This document shows positions 28,609 through 40,504 of a DNA stretch of 64,000 nt, piece by piece. The position numbers and the translations under genes are program-made. Below the pieces are notes generated by a model. It was not told the DNA's origin and searched no databases. It was given only the letters and a program-made list of their open reading frames with translations. The DNA is from an uncultured Candidatus Poseidoniales archaeon (GTDB taxonomy: Archaea > Thermoplasmatota > Poseidoniia > Poseidoniales > Poseidoniaceae): contig CAXGWS010000004.1 of assembly GCA_964013535.1 (NCBI GenBank), forward strand, positions 22,854 through 86,853, in the 5' to 3' direction. The stretch's first letter is position 1. Every line of letters starts with the position of its first letter.

Positions 28609-29256
28609 TATTTCGTCTAATTCATCGATTAAATTATCCCACTTCTTACGAGCTAAATTTTTATTTTGTACTTCCAACCCATCTTCAATAGAAGATCTAA
28701 CTCCAATTAATCTATCCTCACCAACTCTTTCGTTTTTATCAGTGGGGTTTATTGTTTTACTTGGGATAGTTCGCTTACCGTCGTAATTCTGCATTGCTAA
28801 TTCTTCATCAGTCCATGTTTCATCTCCAATCATCTTGGCAATCTCATTACTCGGCGGGTTATTTTTCCAAACATTTTTACTACCTAAATCTTGTAACAAA
28901 CGTTTTGATTGAGATTCATTTTTGTTATATAATTCACTAATATCTTCAGGATAAACATAACCACCATCAAAACTCACACTACCGATTAACGATTGTTGAT
29001 AGGTCAATTCTTCTCCATGAATCTCGTCATTGTCAAACATTTCTGGTTTTGACAACATAGAATATAATTCCCTCATATGTTGAATCAAGACAGAATCATC
29101 ATTACCGATTATAATATTTTTAATTTTTTTATGATAATCTATACATATTTTACATCGAAGCAAACCACTTTTATCAACAGCATCGCAACGTAAACAACAC
29201 CCTTGAAATCCTAAAGATTTCATTGCTTTGCGTGGCTGCGCCATTATATCAACCAT
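28594..29256 (-). CDS. Hypothetical protein with an N-terminal Cys4 motif
   Basis: CCLRC...CKIC near the N-terminus; 222-aa ORF filling the gap between flanking genes. Confidence 0.65.
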   Translation of the reverse strand: MVDIMAQPRKAMKSLGFQGCCLRCDAVDKSGLLRCKICIDYHKKIKNIIIGNDDSVLIQHMRELYSMLSKPEMFDNDEIHGEELTYQQSLIGSVSFDGGYVYPEDISELYNKNESQSKRLLQDLGSKNVWKNNPPSNEIAKMIGDETWTDEELAMQNYDGKRTIPSKTINPTDKNERVGEDRLIGVRSSIEDGLEVQNKNLARKKWDNLIDELDEILDDL

Positions 29257-29315
29257 ATTCACCTAAACTCTCATCATATAATAGGATTCAATAAACTGGA
29301 GGCTTTGTAACCATC

Positions 29316-30239
29316 ATGGCGAGTCGTGACCCAAGAGCCGACATCGTCGATAACAATCCATTTCCTAAACCAAAAATCCAACGAATACATTCTGGAGGCA
29401 GCAGTAGTAAAAATACAGTTTACACCATGGATGATTTGAAAAATATGTTTACTAGTAAAACCCAGAAAAAACCTCAGTTAAAGCAAGTTTGGGAATTCAG
29501 TGATATAGAAAAACAGAATCTTCTATTAGCAACTGCAGCCTTCACGCTCGCCTTAGGATTTGTCTCTGTTAGGGGTTTTTGGGGAATTAATGAATTGGGG
29601 GCTACAGAATGGATATTGATGTTATTACTATCTATGCCTGTAATGCTGCTTGCTGTCGGACCCGCTTTTCTATTACACGAAATCGGCCACAAAATTATCG
29701 CTAAACGTAACGGCTGTTGGGCTGAGTTTAGAGCCGATCCAGGTGGTTTGAGGTTCGGTCTCTTACTATCGTTTTTCTTCGGATTTTTATTTATGGCTCC
29801 AGGTGCGGTAATGTGCCAAGGCCTAGTTACTAGAAGGGAAAACGGGCATATCGCAGTAGCTGGCCCATTGACTAATTTAGGATTATTTCTTATCGGTACG
29901 CCAATATGGATACTTATTATTGGATTATCCGGGGCTTTAGACTCAAACCCCCCCTCTATGTTTAGTGGGGACTTCGATGGAGTTTACTTAGATGGTAATT
30001 CAATTGTATGGCAGGCAATGGTTGTTGATGCTGGTGTTGTTTGGTTAGGCGCTAACTTAGTTCTAGGATTATTCAATATGATACCATTTGGACCGTTGGA
30101 CGGTGCTAAAGTTAAGGATTGGAGCGAACAAGCATTTTACACAGTGTTTCTGATATTCCTAATTCCTCTGTTATGCTGGTTCCTTAAGATTTGGTCTCCA
30201 AAGCAATTATTAGTTTCAGGTGTAGCGTTTTTATTCTAA
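29316..30239 (+). CDS. Site-2 protease (M50 family membrane Zn metallopeptidase)
   Basis: LLHEIGHK (HExxH), IAVAGP and FNMIPFGPLDG motifs; multiple TM helices. Confidence 0.92.
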   Translation: MASRDPRADIVDNNPFPKPKIQRIHSGGSSSKNTVYTMDDLKNMFTSKTQKKPQLKQVWEFSDIEKQNLLLATAAFTLALGFVSVRGFWGINELGATEWILMLLLSMPVMLLAVGPAFLLHEIGHKIIAKRNGCWAEFRADPGGLRFGLLLSFFFGFLFMAPGAVMCQGLVTRRENGHIAVAGPLTNLGLFLIGTPIWILIIGLSGALDSNPPSMFSGDFDGVYLDGNSIVWQAMVVDAGVVWLGANLVLGLFNMIPFGPLDGAKVKDWSEQAFYTVFLIFLIPLLCWFLKIWSPKQLLVSGVAFLF

Positions 30240-30287
30240 TTATTCATATTGAATAGAAACCAAACCAAACTGGGTAAATAGTTAAAT

Positions 30288-32054
30288 TCACAAATATGCA
30301 TTCCTAATTGGTTGTTCATCCAAATGGAAGAACGAATAAGTTGCCCACCAAGTAATCGTATCTAGAGCATCAACCAAATTACTAGTACCACTCCTCTCAT
30401 CACCATAGTCCTTACCAGTTGTATCCATCCAATCTATCATCTCATCAATAGTATCACATGTTTGATGGTAACACCAATATCCATCAACTAAACCACCAAA
30501 ACCCATCGTAACAGTACCTAAATTATCTTGGAAAGTAGCATGGTCAGACCTTGCAGTAGTATCTTCATACACTATAATTTCAGGACGGTCTTTAGCTAAC
30601 CAATCATCAACTTTCCAAGTTGAAGCATCATAACCTTCCCCAAGTAGCGGAGACATCTGTTCTTCAACACCAATCGCATCCGAACCTATCCACATTGCTA
30701 GTCCGACCATACCGGGTTGATTCATCACATCATGATCAAGACTCGGACCGATGTACACCCTCATAGGCCACACTTCAGAATCCTTTGGATACCCATCAGG
30801 GTCTATCTGTGGTTCGGGGTCACAATTACCATCGCCACCACCATGACCATTGCCACATGGAGCCCCACCTCCACCAGGCCAGTTAACTCCAGCCATATCC
30901 AAATTAACATAATTTGTAACTTCTACATCAGGATTGTCTTCTTTAACCCAATAATCTGTCCAGAAATCACTTCCTCTCTTACCCCCTTCCTCACCAGACC
31001 AGAGACAAAATACCATTGTGTTTCGTGTACTATATGCTGCCATAGCTTCAGCAACAGTGAGCACCATACTAGTTCCAGCAGTGTTATCATAAGCCCCGAC
31101 GCGAGTTCCATAGGTTCTTCCAAACAAATGGGGATCAAGCATTCCACCATTTACGGGCGGCGCGATATCGAAATGAGCACCAAAAACCATCCATTTGTTT
31201 GGGTCAACCTCACCAAAACGATATCCACAGACATTGTAAGCTTCAGGGTTTTGAGCTCCTGTCATTAAAGAATCATAGACAAACCGCTGTACTATAACCT
31301 CTAAACCAAAACCCTCGAGAGTCGTAATCAAATATTGAGCAGCATCTTCGTAGGCAAGATTACCTTGTCCAGCCCACCTATCCAAATAACCAACCGCACC
31401 ATCAGCAGGGTCATCCAAATCAGGGGTTTCATCAGACATCACGTTAATGTAATTGAATACCGTTCTTCCATCTACTAAACCCATAGAATGCCTTCCACCT
31501 TCAGATTCACTGAACGCTGCCGCCATTTGACGCTTAACAGATAATTTCACCACTGCTACAGCGTCTGCAGAATTGTTAGAGTAATCAATCGTATTCAATG
31601 AACCGTTGACCCCCTCAATCTTTTGGACGGCTGGATTGTTATCACTATCATACCCTCTCCTGTCAAACCATGTATTCCATGATTCATCAGTTGACCTTAC
31701 AGGCCAGACTTCTCTACCATACTCGCCAAGCAATACAACCGCAACCTCAGTTCGTGGTGGCGCGAGGACATTCAGTTGAATGGACTCTCCAGACTTAAGG
31801 TCGACAACAGTAGAATTTTGTACAAAACCACTATCTTCATTTAGAATTAAATAAGGTACAAATGCTGATAGATCAGCTTTTGCAGTTATCGTAACTGGTT
31901 GAAATACTCCTCCAGAAAGAGTTTGTGGAGTAATAACAACATCTCTTTCTGAATTAATCTCTGAGTTATCAGTTTCTCCAAAACATCCAGAGAAGGCAGC
32001 ACTAAACATTACTAGAACTAAGAATAGCGCTCGTAAAGGCCCCCTGCCCGCCAT
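30288..32054 (-). CDS. M28-family aminopeptidase, probable lipoprotein
   Basis: Lipobox-like FSGC; GAHFD, GAYDNTAG, SGEEGG, NLDMAG, RSDHATF and YHQTCDT motifs. Confidence 0.9.
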   Translation of the reverse strand: MAGRGPLRALFLVLVMFSAAFSGCFGETDNSEINSERDVVITPQTLSGGVFQPVTITAKADLSAFVPYLILNEDSGFVQNSTVVDLKSGESIQLNVLAPPRTEVAVVLLGEYGREVWPVRSTDESWNTWFDRRGYDSDNNPAVQKIEGVNGSLNTIDYSNNSADAVAVVKLSVKRQMAAAFSESEGGRHSMGLVDGRTVFNYINVMSDETPDLDDPADGAVGYLDRWAGQGNLAYEDAAQYLITTLEGFGLEVIVQRFVYDSLMTGAQNPEAYNVCGYRFGEVDPNKWMVFGAHFDIAPPVNGGMLDPHLFGRTYGTRVGAYDNTAGTSMVLTVAEAMAAYSTRNTMVFCLWSGEEGGKRGSDFWTDYWVKEDNPDVEVTNYVNLDMAGVNWPGGGGAPCGNGHGGGDGNCDPEPQIDPDGYPKDSEVWPMRVYIGPSLDHDVMNQPGMVGLAMWIGSDAIGVEEQMSPLLGEGYDASTWKVDDWLAKDRPEIIVYEDTTARSDHATFQDNLGTVTMGFGGLVDGYWCYHQTCDTIDEMIDWMDTTGKDYGDERSGTSNLVDALDTITWWATYSFFHLDEQPIRNAYL

Positions 32055-32283
32055 GAGCAATCCTATACTCGTCTATTTCTCAAACCATCGGTTGAATGTA
32101 AATAATCTCAGCAATTGATTTATTTACTAGCAGATACAATATATAATTGATAATATGATAGTTGTATCAACTAAATTTTATTGCCAGAAACCCAAACAAG
32201 CCCCGAAGAGAAATCAGTACATTTGGGCGAATTCGTTATTCATTGACGAAATAGATGAAAAGTGCCCAGTTATCGAAGGATAA

Positions 32284-32943
32284 TCATTCCTCTTGAAGAT
32301 ATTTTTTATCTTCTTGACTGGTTTTTTCAGTAATTAGGCTTAGTGCTACACCAATCAATCCAATAGCAGAAATAACCATTAGTATTGAAATATATTTTCG
32401 GGTATTATCATTATCACTTTCAACAACACTTTCTTGTTCATCACATCCCGAACCAAAACATTCACCGATACCAGGTAATCCAACGGGTTCTTCATGGATA
32501 TCAACCCCGACAAAAATGGTATGAATCCAGAAATCAGTATGACTGTCATTAACCATTTTCTCAACTTGATAATCATAGATTCCTGTACCATTACTACCAT
32601 TAAAGTAGAATACATCAGATTCTGCACATTCAGAATCTAATAACGTACCGTTACTATCGTATTCACAATCATACACCATCCAAGGAGAGAAGTAATCTAT
32701 ACTTTCATTGAAAACCCCATCCCCATCTAAATCAATACTAACTCTCAAAGTAGAATTATTTGTACTATCCCCAATTTTGAACTTTATACCATCACCTGCT
32801 ACGAAACCAGCGGTTTCCAACACATCCTCAGGAAGTGGGCCATCCTCAGTTAAAATTGACATCATAACATTGGGCGTGTGTGCCTGCACACCCATTATTG
32901 GTGAAAGTAATAATAACATCACAAACAGAACCCTAGTTCGCAA
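32284..32943 (-). CDS. Hypothetical secreted protein with a C-terminal membrane anchor
   Basis: Signal peptide, acidic body and C-terminal TM helix; GGAGGT SD before TTG 32943. Confidence 0.7.
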   Translation of the reverse strand: MRTRVLFVMLLLLSPIMGVQAHTPNVMMSILTEDGPLPEDVLETAGFVAGDGIKFKIGDSTNNSTLRVSIDLDGDGVFNESIDYFSPWMVYDCEYDSNGTLLDSECAESDVFYFNGSNGTGIYDYQVEKMVNDSHTDFWIHTIFVGVDIHEEPVGLPGIGECFGSGCDEQESVVESDNDNTRKYISILMVISAIGLIGVALSLITEKTSQEDKKYLQEE

Positions 32944-33017
32944 ATTACTACCTCCGATTGTTTGATTCCAAACTATCATCACATAAAGTCAAAACGGACA
33001 ATAGATTGGGCTAAATC

Positions 33018-34808
33018 ATGCGGGGCAAGGAAATCGCTCTCACCTTCTTTCTGGTTTTACTAATGGTATCCAGTGCGATGTATGTTTTTTCTGATGACGA
33101 TGAACCATCATCAGTTGGCAATTCAATAATATTTGACAGTGAAGACCCCCTCTTTCAACACGAAGGACACGACCATTCAAATGCTTCACAACACATGGTT
33201 GGAACTGATAATATTGAGCAGTTAGATTTCAATCCACTAACAACAAACGGCAATGCTGAGGTACAGGTCGCAACAACTCCCGACGGTGAAACCTATGCTT
33301 ATTTGGCTGGGTGGAACGACATGCACATAGTCGATGTTACAGACCCAGAAAATACGGTTGTAATGGGCAAGTACACCGACCCTAACACCCAAGTTCTCGA
33401 CGTCAAATATATTGAATACAACGGCAGAGAATATATTGTTCAGCAAAATCAATTGATAGACCCTGGTTATGCCGATCCAAATGTTGGCCAGTGGAGCGAC
33501 CCAGCTCAAGTATCAGTAACTCTAATCGATGTTACAGATAAGGAGAATCCTACTTGGGTAGATTCATGGTATGATGTAGATCATCCAAGCGGACCACACA
33601 ATCTATACACACAAATGATTGACGGTGAATGGTATTTATTCGTTGCTAACCCCGATTACGAAAATTGCAACGATGCAATTGATGAGGCATGTGGTGGAGT
33701 TACGATTGCCCACCTAAACTTGGACGGCTCTGCAGCGAGAAATATACCCGGAGTGCCTGGATCAGGTCTTGGACACACAATCATCAAAGTTGGCGAATAT
33801 GAAGTCGCATGGGAGCATACTAGGGGTGGCTGGATATACATTCACGATATGACCGTTCAACTATGGCCCGGTGAAGACCCAAACGACCCAAGGTATGGTA
33901 GAACATTCATTTATGGAAGTTATTGGGAAGCAGGTCTGCGAATCGCAGATGTAACAGACGTACCTCACCCAGTCAATTCCCCAGAGGAATATGCTATACA
34001 CGCTACTCTTTGTAAGACTGGTCAAGGCAATCCTGTACAGTGCAGGTGGCGAGCCGAAGAAGTTGGATTGTGGATGGATTTCCTTGACTTAGATGGCGAT
34101 GGACAGCCTGATAGTGGCACTACTGGTAATGAGAATGGCGGTCGAGTTTCCTACATTCACTATGCGGAACCATTCCCTAACATGCTTGATTTATCACATC
34201 TGGGATACTCTGATGAACCTGTACACATTACAACTGCAGCTGTTGAAGTATTATCAACATCAGTTGGTACAGGAATAATCTATCTCTTGGACACCACAGA
34301 CTATACTTACATAGATGGCCAACTTAAATTTCAACCCAAATTAATCAGAGATTGGGAAATTCCTTGGGCTGAGGACCATTGTTATGGCGCAGATTGTGAG
34401 ATAAATCCAGATCCCGATGAGTGGCTATTATTTTCACCACACAACTTAGATAGCGCATATTTTGAAACCGATGAAACAACAGACCAAAGTCATGGTGGTG
34501 GCTGGGATGGTAGACTTTATGTTTCACATTACCATGCTGGTTTGTGGGTCTTAGATATTGAGACTCTAGTCTCTCCAACCAATCCAGATGACAGAATTGG
34601 CACCTATGCTGAAGCTACTGTGGGGTGGTTCTTGCCGCATGGGGATGACGGAATTATCCTCGAATCAGACTTCTATGAATTTTCATGGGTTCCATTTTTG
34701 TGGGCGGTAGAACATCATAATGGACTAACATATGCATCATGTATCTCTACTGGACTTTACGTTGTTCAGTTAGATATTGATATACCGTATTTAGGGACAA
34801 ATGTATGA
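33018..34808 (+). CDS. LVIVD-repeat beta-propeller protein, secreted or anchored, His-rich
   Basis: MHIVDVTDP, VTLIDVTDK, LRIADVTD and LWVLDI repeats; spaced His motifs PHN, IHD, IHY and SPHN; N-terminal HEGHDH. Confidence 0.72.
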   Translation: MRGKEIALTFFLVLLMVSSAMYVFSDDDEPSSVGNSIIFDSEDPLFQHEGHDHSNASQHMVGTDNIEQLDFNPLTTNGNAEVQVATTPDGETYAYLAGWNDMHIVDVTDPENTVVMGKYTDPNTQVLDVKYIEYNGREYIVQQNQLIDPGYADPNVGQWSDPAQVSVTLIDVTDKENPTWVDSWYDVDHPSGPHNLYTQMIDGEWYLFVANPDYENCNDAIDEACGGVTIAHLNLDGSAARNIPGVPGSGLGHTIIKVGEYEVAWEHTRGGWIYIHDMTVQLWPGEDPNDPRYGRTFIYGSYWEAGLRIADVTDVPHPVNSPEEYAIHATLCKTGQGNPVQCRWRAEEVGLWMDFLDLDGDGQPDSGTTGNENGGRVSYIHYAEPFPNMLDLSHLGYSDEPVHITTAAVEVLSTSVGTGIIYLLDTTDYTYIDGQLKFQPKLIRDWEIPWAEDHCYGADCEINPDPDEWLLFSPHNLDSAYFETDETTDQSHGGGWDGRLYVSHYHAGLWVLDIETLVSPTNPDDRIGTYAEATVGWFLPHGDDGIILESDFYEFSWVPFLWAVEHHNGLTYASCISTGLYVVQLDIDIPYLGTNV

Positions 34809-34818
34809 GGTGCAGAAA

Positions 34819-35496
34819 ATGAAACGAACAATTCTAACTTTATTTCTCAGCATAATGTTTATTCTTCCTGGCTGTGTCAATAATGACGGAGATTCTGAAT
34901 CAATTTACCATGGAGAAATAATTTCTTCAGGCAATTCTATATCTGAATTTACCTTACTCACAAGCGACAATACCTCTTACAATTTTCAAGAAAATACGGA
35001 AGGAAAAGTGACAGTAATTGCGTTTTTATTCACTAATTGTTATGACATTTGTCCAGTTGTTACCTATAATCTACGTCATATTCATGAGAGCCTAAACCAA
35101 ACAATGCTCGATAAAATCGAGTTTATCACGATAACAGTGGACCCATGGCGCGACAATACTACAGTATTAGAAGAATGGAAGGAGTCTACAAAATCAAATT
35201 GGACTCATTTAACAGTTTTAGACACCCAACAAAATTCCCAAGATATGGCTACATTAACTCAAGTGTGGAATGACTTCGAAGTCGGTTTTAAAATCGAAGA
35301 AAACACTACTGAATCCAATACATCAGGACGCCACCATCCATCTTCATACGACTACAACATCGCTCATTCTACAGGAACTGTGTTACTTGATCATAAAGGA
35401 AATCAGCGAATTTGGTGGGGAGATTATGATTGGATTATCGATTTAGTTAAGGAAGACATTCTAAATTTAGTAGCCGAAGCAGACGCTGATAGTTAA
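34819..35496 (+). CDS. SCO1/SenC family copper chaperone, lipoprotein
   Basis: Lipobox LPGC; FTNCYDICP (CxxxC); ITVDPWRD; IAHS His ligand; GAGGTG SD. Confidence 0.92.
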   Translation: MKRTILTLFLSIMFILPGCVNNDGDSESIYHGEIISSGNSISEFTLLTSDNTSYNFQENTEGKVTVIAFLFTNCYDICPVVTYNLRHIHESLNQTMLDKIEFITITVDPWRDNTTVLEEWKESTKSNWTHLTVLDTQQNSQDMATLTQVWNDFEVGFKIEENTTESNTSGRHHPSSYDYNIAHSTGTVLLDHKGNQRIWWGDYDWIIDLVKEDILNLVAEADADS

Positions 35497-35571
35497 CCAA
35501 TTTCCGGATTCAAGAAATCGATTTCCTGTATTGGGCTAAGCATTAAGTGGTGTTAACTTCGGGATTTAATC

Positions 35572-36381
35572 ATGGCAACGGTTCGTTTGGACCAAAAAGC
35601 GAGGGCGCTGATAAGAGCCATACCCGATTCTTATCATTCCGCTTTAGCCAAATTCTTCGGAACCGGGCCCAAAGATATCGAGACTGCACGAAAACAGCAC
35701 AACGCGTATAAATCAGCATTAGAATCTGCAGGTATCGAAGTTTTCATGCTCGAAGCAGACCATAACCACCCGGATTGTCTGTTTGTTGAAGATCAAGCTG
35801 TGATAATTGATGGCCACGTTTTGTTACCAGTTCCCGGACATCCGTCAAGGGTAAATGAACAACCTCCAATTGCAGACTTCCTTGTTAGAGAAATGGGGGG
35901 CGCTCAAATTTGCCGTATGAGTGGTGATGCAAGAATGGATGGTGGAGACATACTTCGATTAGGCGATATTTTCTTTGTAGGGCGTTCCACAAGAACTAAT
36001 GATTTAGGAATTGAAGAATTAAGAGATTTATTATCCCACTTAGGTCATGAACTAAGAGTAATAGATATTCCCGAGCAGGCATTGCACTTAACCAGTATAG
36101 CCTCAACTCCAACAGACGAGATAATATTAGCTCCAGAAGGATATCTTCCTAAGGATGCCTTCGGAGATTTACCAAATGGATGTAAAGTGATATGGATGCC
36201 ACCCGAGGAAACCTATGGATGTAATACAATTGGCCTGCCAGGGCAAAAAGTATTGGTTGCTGAAGGCTATCCCGAGGTTGAGAAAACCCTTACCAATTTA
36301 GGCCTTGAAACTATCAAACTAGATTTTAGTGAAATTAGGGCTGCAGACGGTTCGCTGACTTGCTGTTCATTGTTTTACTGA
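35572..36381 (+). CDS. Dimethylarginine dimethylaminohydrolase (amidinotransferase superfamily)
   Basis: HPDCLFVEDQAV, DGGDIL, VGRSTRTN, LHLTS and DGSLTCCS motifs. Confidence 0.85.
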   Translation: MATVRLDQKARALIRAIPDSYHSALAKFFGTGPKDIETARKQHNAYKSALESAGIEVFMLEADHNHPDCLFVEDQAVIIDGHVLLPVPGHPSRVNEQPPIADFLVREMGGAQICRMSGDARMDGGDILRLGDIFFVGRSTRTNDLGIEELRDLLSHLGHELRVIDIPEQALHLTSIASTPTDEIILAPEGYLPKDAFGDLPNGCKVIWMPPEETYGCNTIGLPGQKVLVAEGYPEVEKTLTNLGLETIKLDFSEIRAADGSLTCCSLFY

Positions 36382-36755
36382 CTGAAGACCAAACTCAACC
36401 ACAAATTGAGGTTTGATTGCAAATCTTTTTTGCTACTACAATTTATTAAGTCACCATCAAAACACGATTGGTTTAACAAATCTTTGAGTATAATTTCATT
36501 ATTATCACAGATTAACTCTAATGTTTTCTCATGATTCGAGTATATTCCAACCTCAAAAACGAAGCCGATATTTTGCTTATTTAGTTCAATGAATTTTTCG
36601 GAAAATATGAAAGAACAGAAATCATCAACGCTTAGGAACGAACAAAGCATTGAGAGGGTATTTACTAATGGCGTAAATTGTTCATTTATCGATGCTATTG
36701 CATCATTTGGCGATTTTATCACCATTGTTAGCAGTGGTGTACCCTCATTCACCAC
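36375..36755 (-). CDS. Hypothetical protein
   Basis: 126-aa ORF overlapping the SDR stop codon on the same strand; no recognised motif. Confidence 0.5.
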   Translation of the reverse strand: MVNEGTPLLTMVIKSPNDAIASINEQFTPLVNTLSMLCSFLSVDDFCSFIFSEKFIELNKQNIGFVFEVGIYSNHEKTLELICDNNEIILKDLLNQSCFDGDLINCSSKKDLQSNLNLWLSLVFSQ

Positions 36756-37426
36756 GGTAAATCAACACCATCATATTGCACAAATCTACCAGAATTCTCG
36801 ATATCATGAGAATCGATCAAATCTAGCATTCCTTGTACACTATCAGTTAGTTCAACCGGGGCATGCTCACCACCCATTCGAGTTTTTACCCAACCTGGAT
36901 GCAAAATTAAAAATGATATATTGTCCTCTATTGCTTCTTTTTTCATCGCTACACTAAGCATGTTTAGTGCTGTTTTTGAAGCTCGGTAAGCATAAGAACG
37001 GCCCGAATGACAATCATCAATCGAACCCATTAAACTACTAATCATGGCAACAGTAGTCATAGAATCATGACTCATTTTATCATATAGCGCCTTAACCATA
37101 CGTACAGGACCCACAGAGTTGATATTCAACACCTCTAACATCCATTCATCATCAATTTCCTTCAAATTACGCCAGCGCCCATCTGGAACACCAGCATTAT
37201 TAATTAATAAATCCACATTTCCATCAATTCGCTTAACAAAATCGTTTATTGAATCGTTATTTGTAACATCAAGCTGGTGACAAATCAAATTTTTGTTTTG
37301 AATTAATTCAAGCCTGTGCATATCCGATCTGTATCCCGCATATACACACCAACCAGCATCAAGTAGTCTAACAACAAATTCAGAACCGATTCCTCTACTA
37401 GCGCCTGTTACTACGGCAGTTCGCAT
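36749..37426 (-). CDS. Short-chain dehydrogenase/reductase (CsgA/C-factor-like)
   Basis: TGASRGIG, LINNAG, YRASK and LHPGWVKTRMG motifs. Confidence 0.93.
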   Translation of the reverse strand: MRTAVVTGASRGIGSEFVVRLLDAGWCVYAGYRSDMHRLELIQNKNLICHQLDVTNNDSINDFVKRIDGNVDLLINNAGVPDGRWRNLKEIDDEWMLEVLNINSVGPVRMVKALYDKMSHDSMTTVAMISSLMGSIDDCHSGRSYAYRASKTALNMLSVAMKKEAIEDNISFLILHPGWVKTRMGGEHAPVELTDSVQGMLDLIDSHDIENSGRFVQYDGVDLPW

Positions 37427-37466
37427 GATTTGTTGTCAGCACTAACCATTTTTAATATTGTATAAA

Positions 37467-37844
37467 TTATTTACAATCATTGCATACGCCTTTCCAGGTT
37501 AAATCAATTTCAAAATCTCCGAACGACTCATTCATTGGGGCAAAATCACGAATTTCTGCCGGCAGTTCTACATCCCAAATTCTGTTGCACTTCGAGCATA
37601 CTATGTGAGCGTGAGGTTGCATTACTGGGTCGTAACGTACTTCACCTTGAAACTCAAAACTTCCAATCTTGCCATCTTCTACAAGGTTTGAAAGTTGCCG
37701 ATAGATTGTTGCGATTCCTATTCCGGAGTCAGCAAGAATTGCATATATGTCGCCCGCAGAGGGATGGGAGTCGCTATTCATAACGGCCTCGAAAACCATC
37801 TCTTTTTGCCATGTTAAACGGCGCTTTTTCTGTTTATTCATCAT
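37467..37844 (-). CDS. Fur-family transcriptional regulator with PerR-like metal ligands
   Basis: HPSAGDIY, ATIYRQL, RYD, HAHIVCSKC, IWD and CNDC motifs; 9 bp downstream of katG. Confidence 0.9.
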   Translation of the reverse strand: MMNKQKKRRLTWQKEMVFEAVMNSDSHPSAGDIYAILADSGIGIATIYRQLSNLVEDGKIGSFEFQGEVRYDPVMQPHAHIVCSKCNRIWDVELPAEIRDFAPMNESFGDFEIDLTWKGVCNDCK

Positions 37845-37853
37845 TTTCGAACC

Positions 37854-40067
<2,214 letters not shown>

Positions 40068-40412
40068 TTACCATTCCACTACTATATCATCACCAATTTT
40101 TGATACAGGGGAATCAACAATCTCGGGAGCAGGACTTACTTCATTCTCCTCATGTACAACATCAACAGTTTCTTCTTTTACATCATGTGGCTTCTCAATC
40201 AGTTTTTTTGTGGCGCTTATTGGCTTAGCAACAAAACTACCCGTCTGATTGTCAGCAGAATAACGCTCTTGGTAGATTATTTTTCTTTTTTCCGGAGCAA
40301 CCGTTTCACTTGCAACCACGACGTCTTCGAACTTTTCCTCACCAATTTTTAATTCCGCGAAATTTTTGTCAAGAACATCCTTTAGGTTGGGGGGCGAATC
40401 ACCACTGCTCAT
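40068..40412 (-). CDS. Hypothetical acidic protein
   Basis: ORF filling the gap; E/V/K-rich, with a conserved-looking C-terminal VVEW; start moved to ATG 40412. Confidence 0.55.
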   Translation of the reverse strand: MSSGDSPPNLKDVLDKNFAELKIGEEKFEDVVVASETVAPEKRKIIYQERYSADNQTGSFVAKPISATKKLIEKPHDVKEETVDVVHEENEVSPAPEIVDSPVSKIGDDIVVEW

Positions 40413-40504
40413 ATACCTACATCGATTAATGACAAATGAAATCTTTGTCAAATTGCTCAACTGTTGAGACAGAACTTCATGAAGTATCAGTAATACGAAC
40501 AGAC

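Noticed and set aside
32191-32227. CCCAAA...TTTGGG hairpin in the 220 bp gap, a possible ncRNA
   Set aside because: Only a 6-bp stem with a weak interior; no tRNA, C/D box or riboswitch features.
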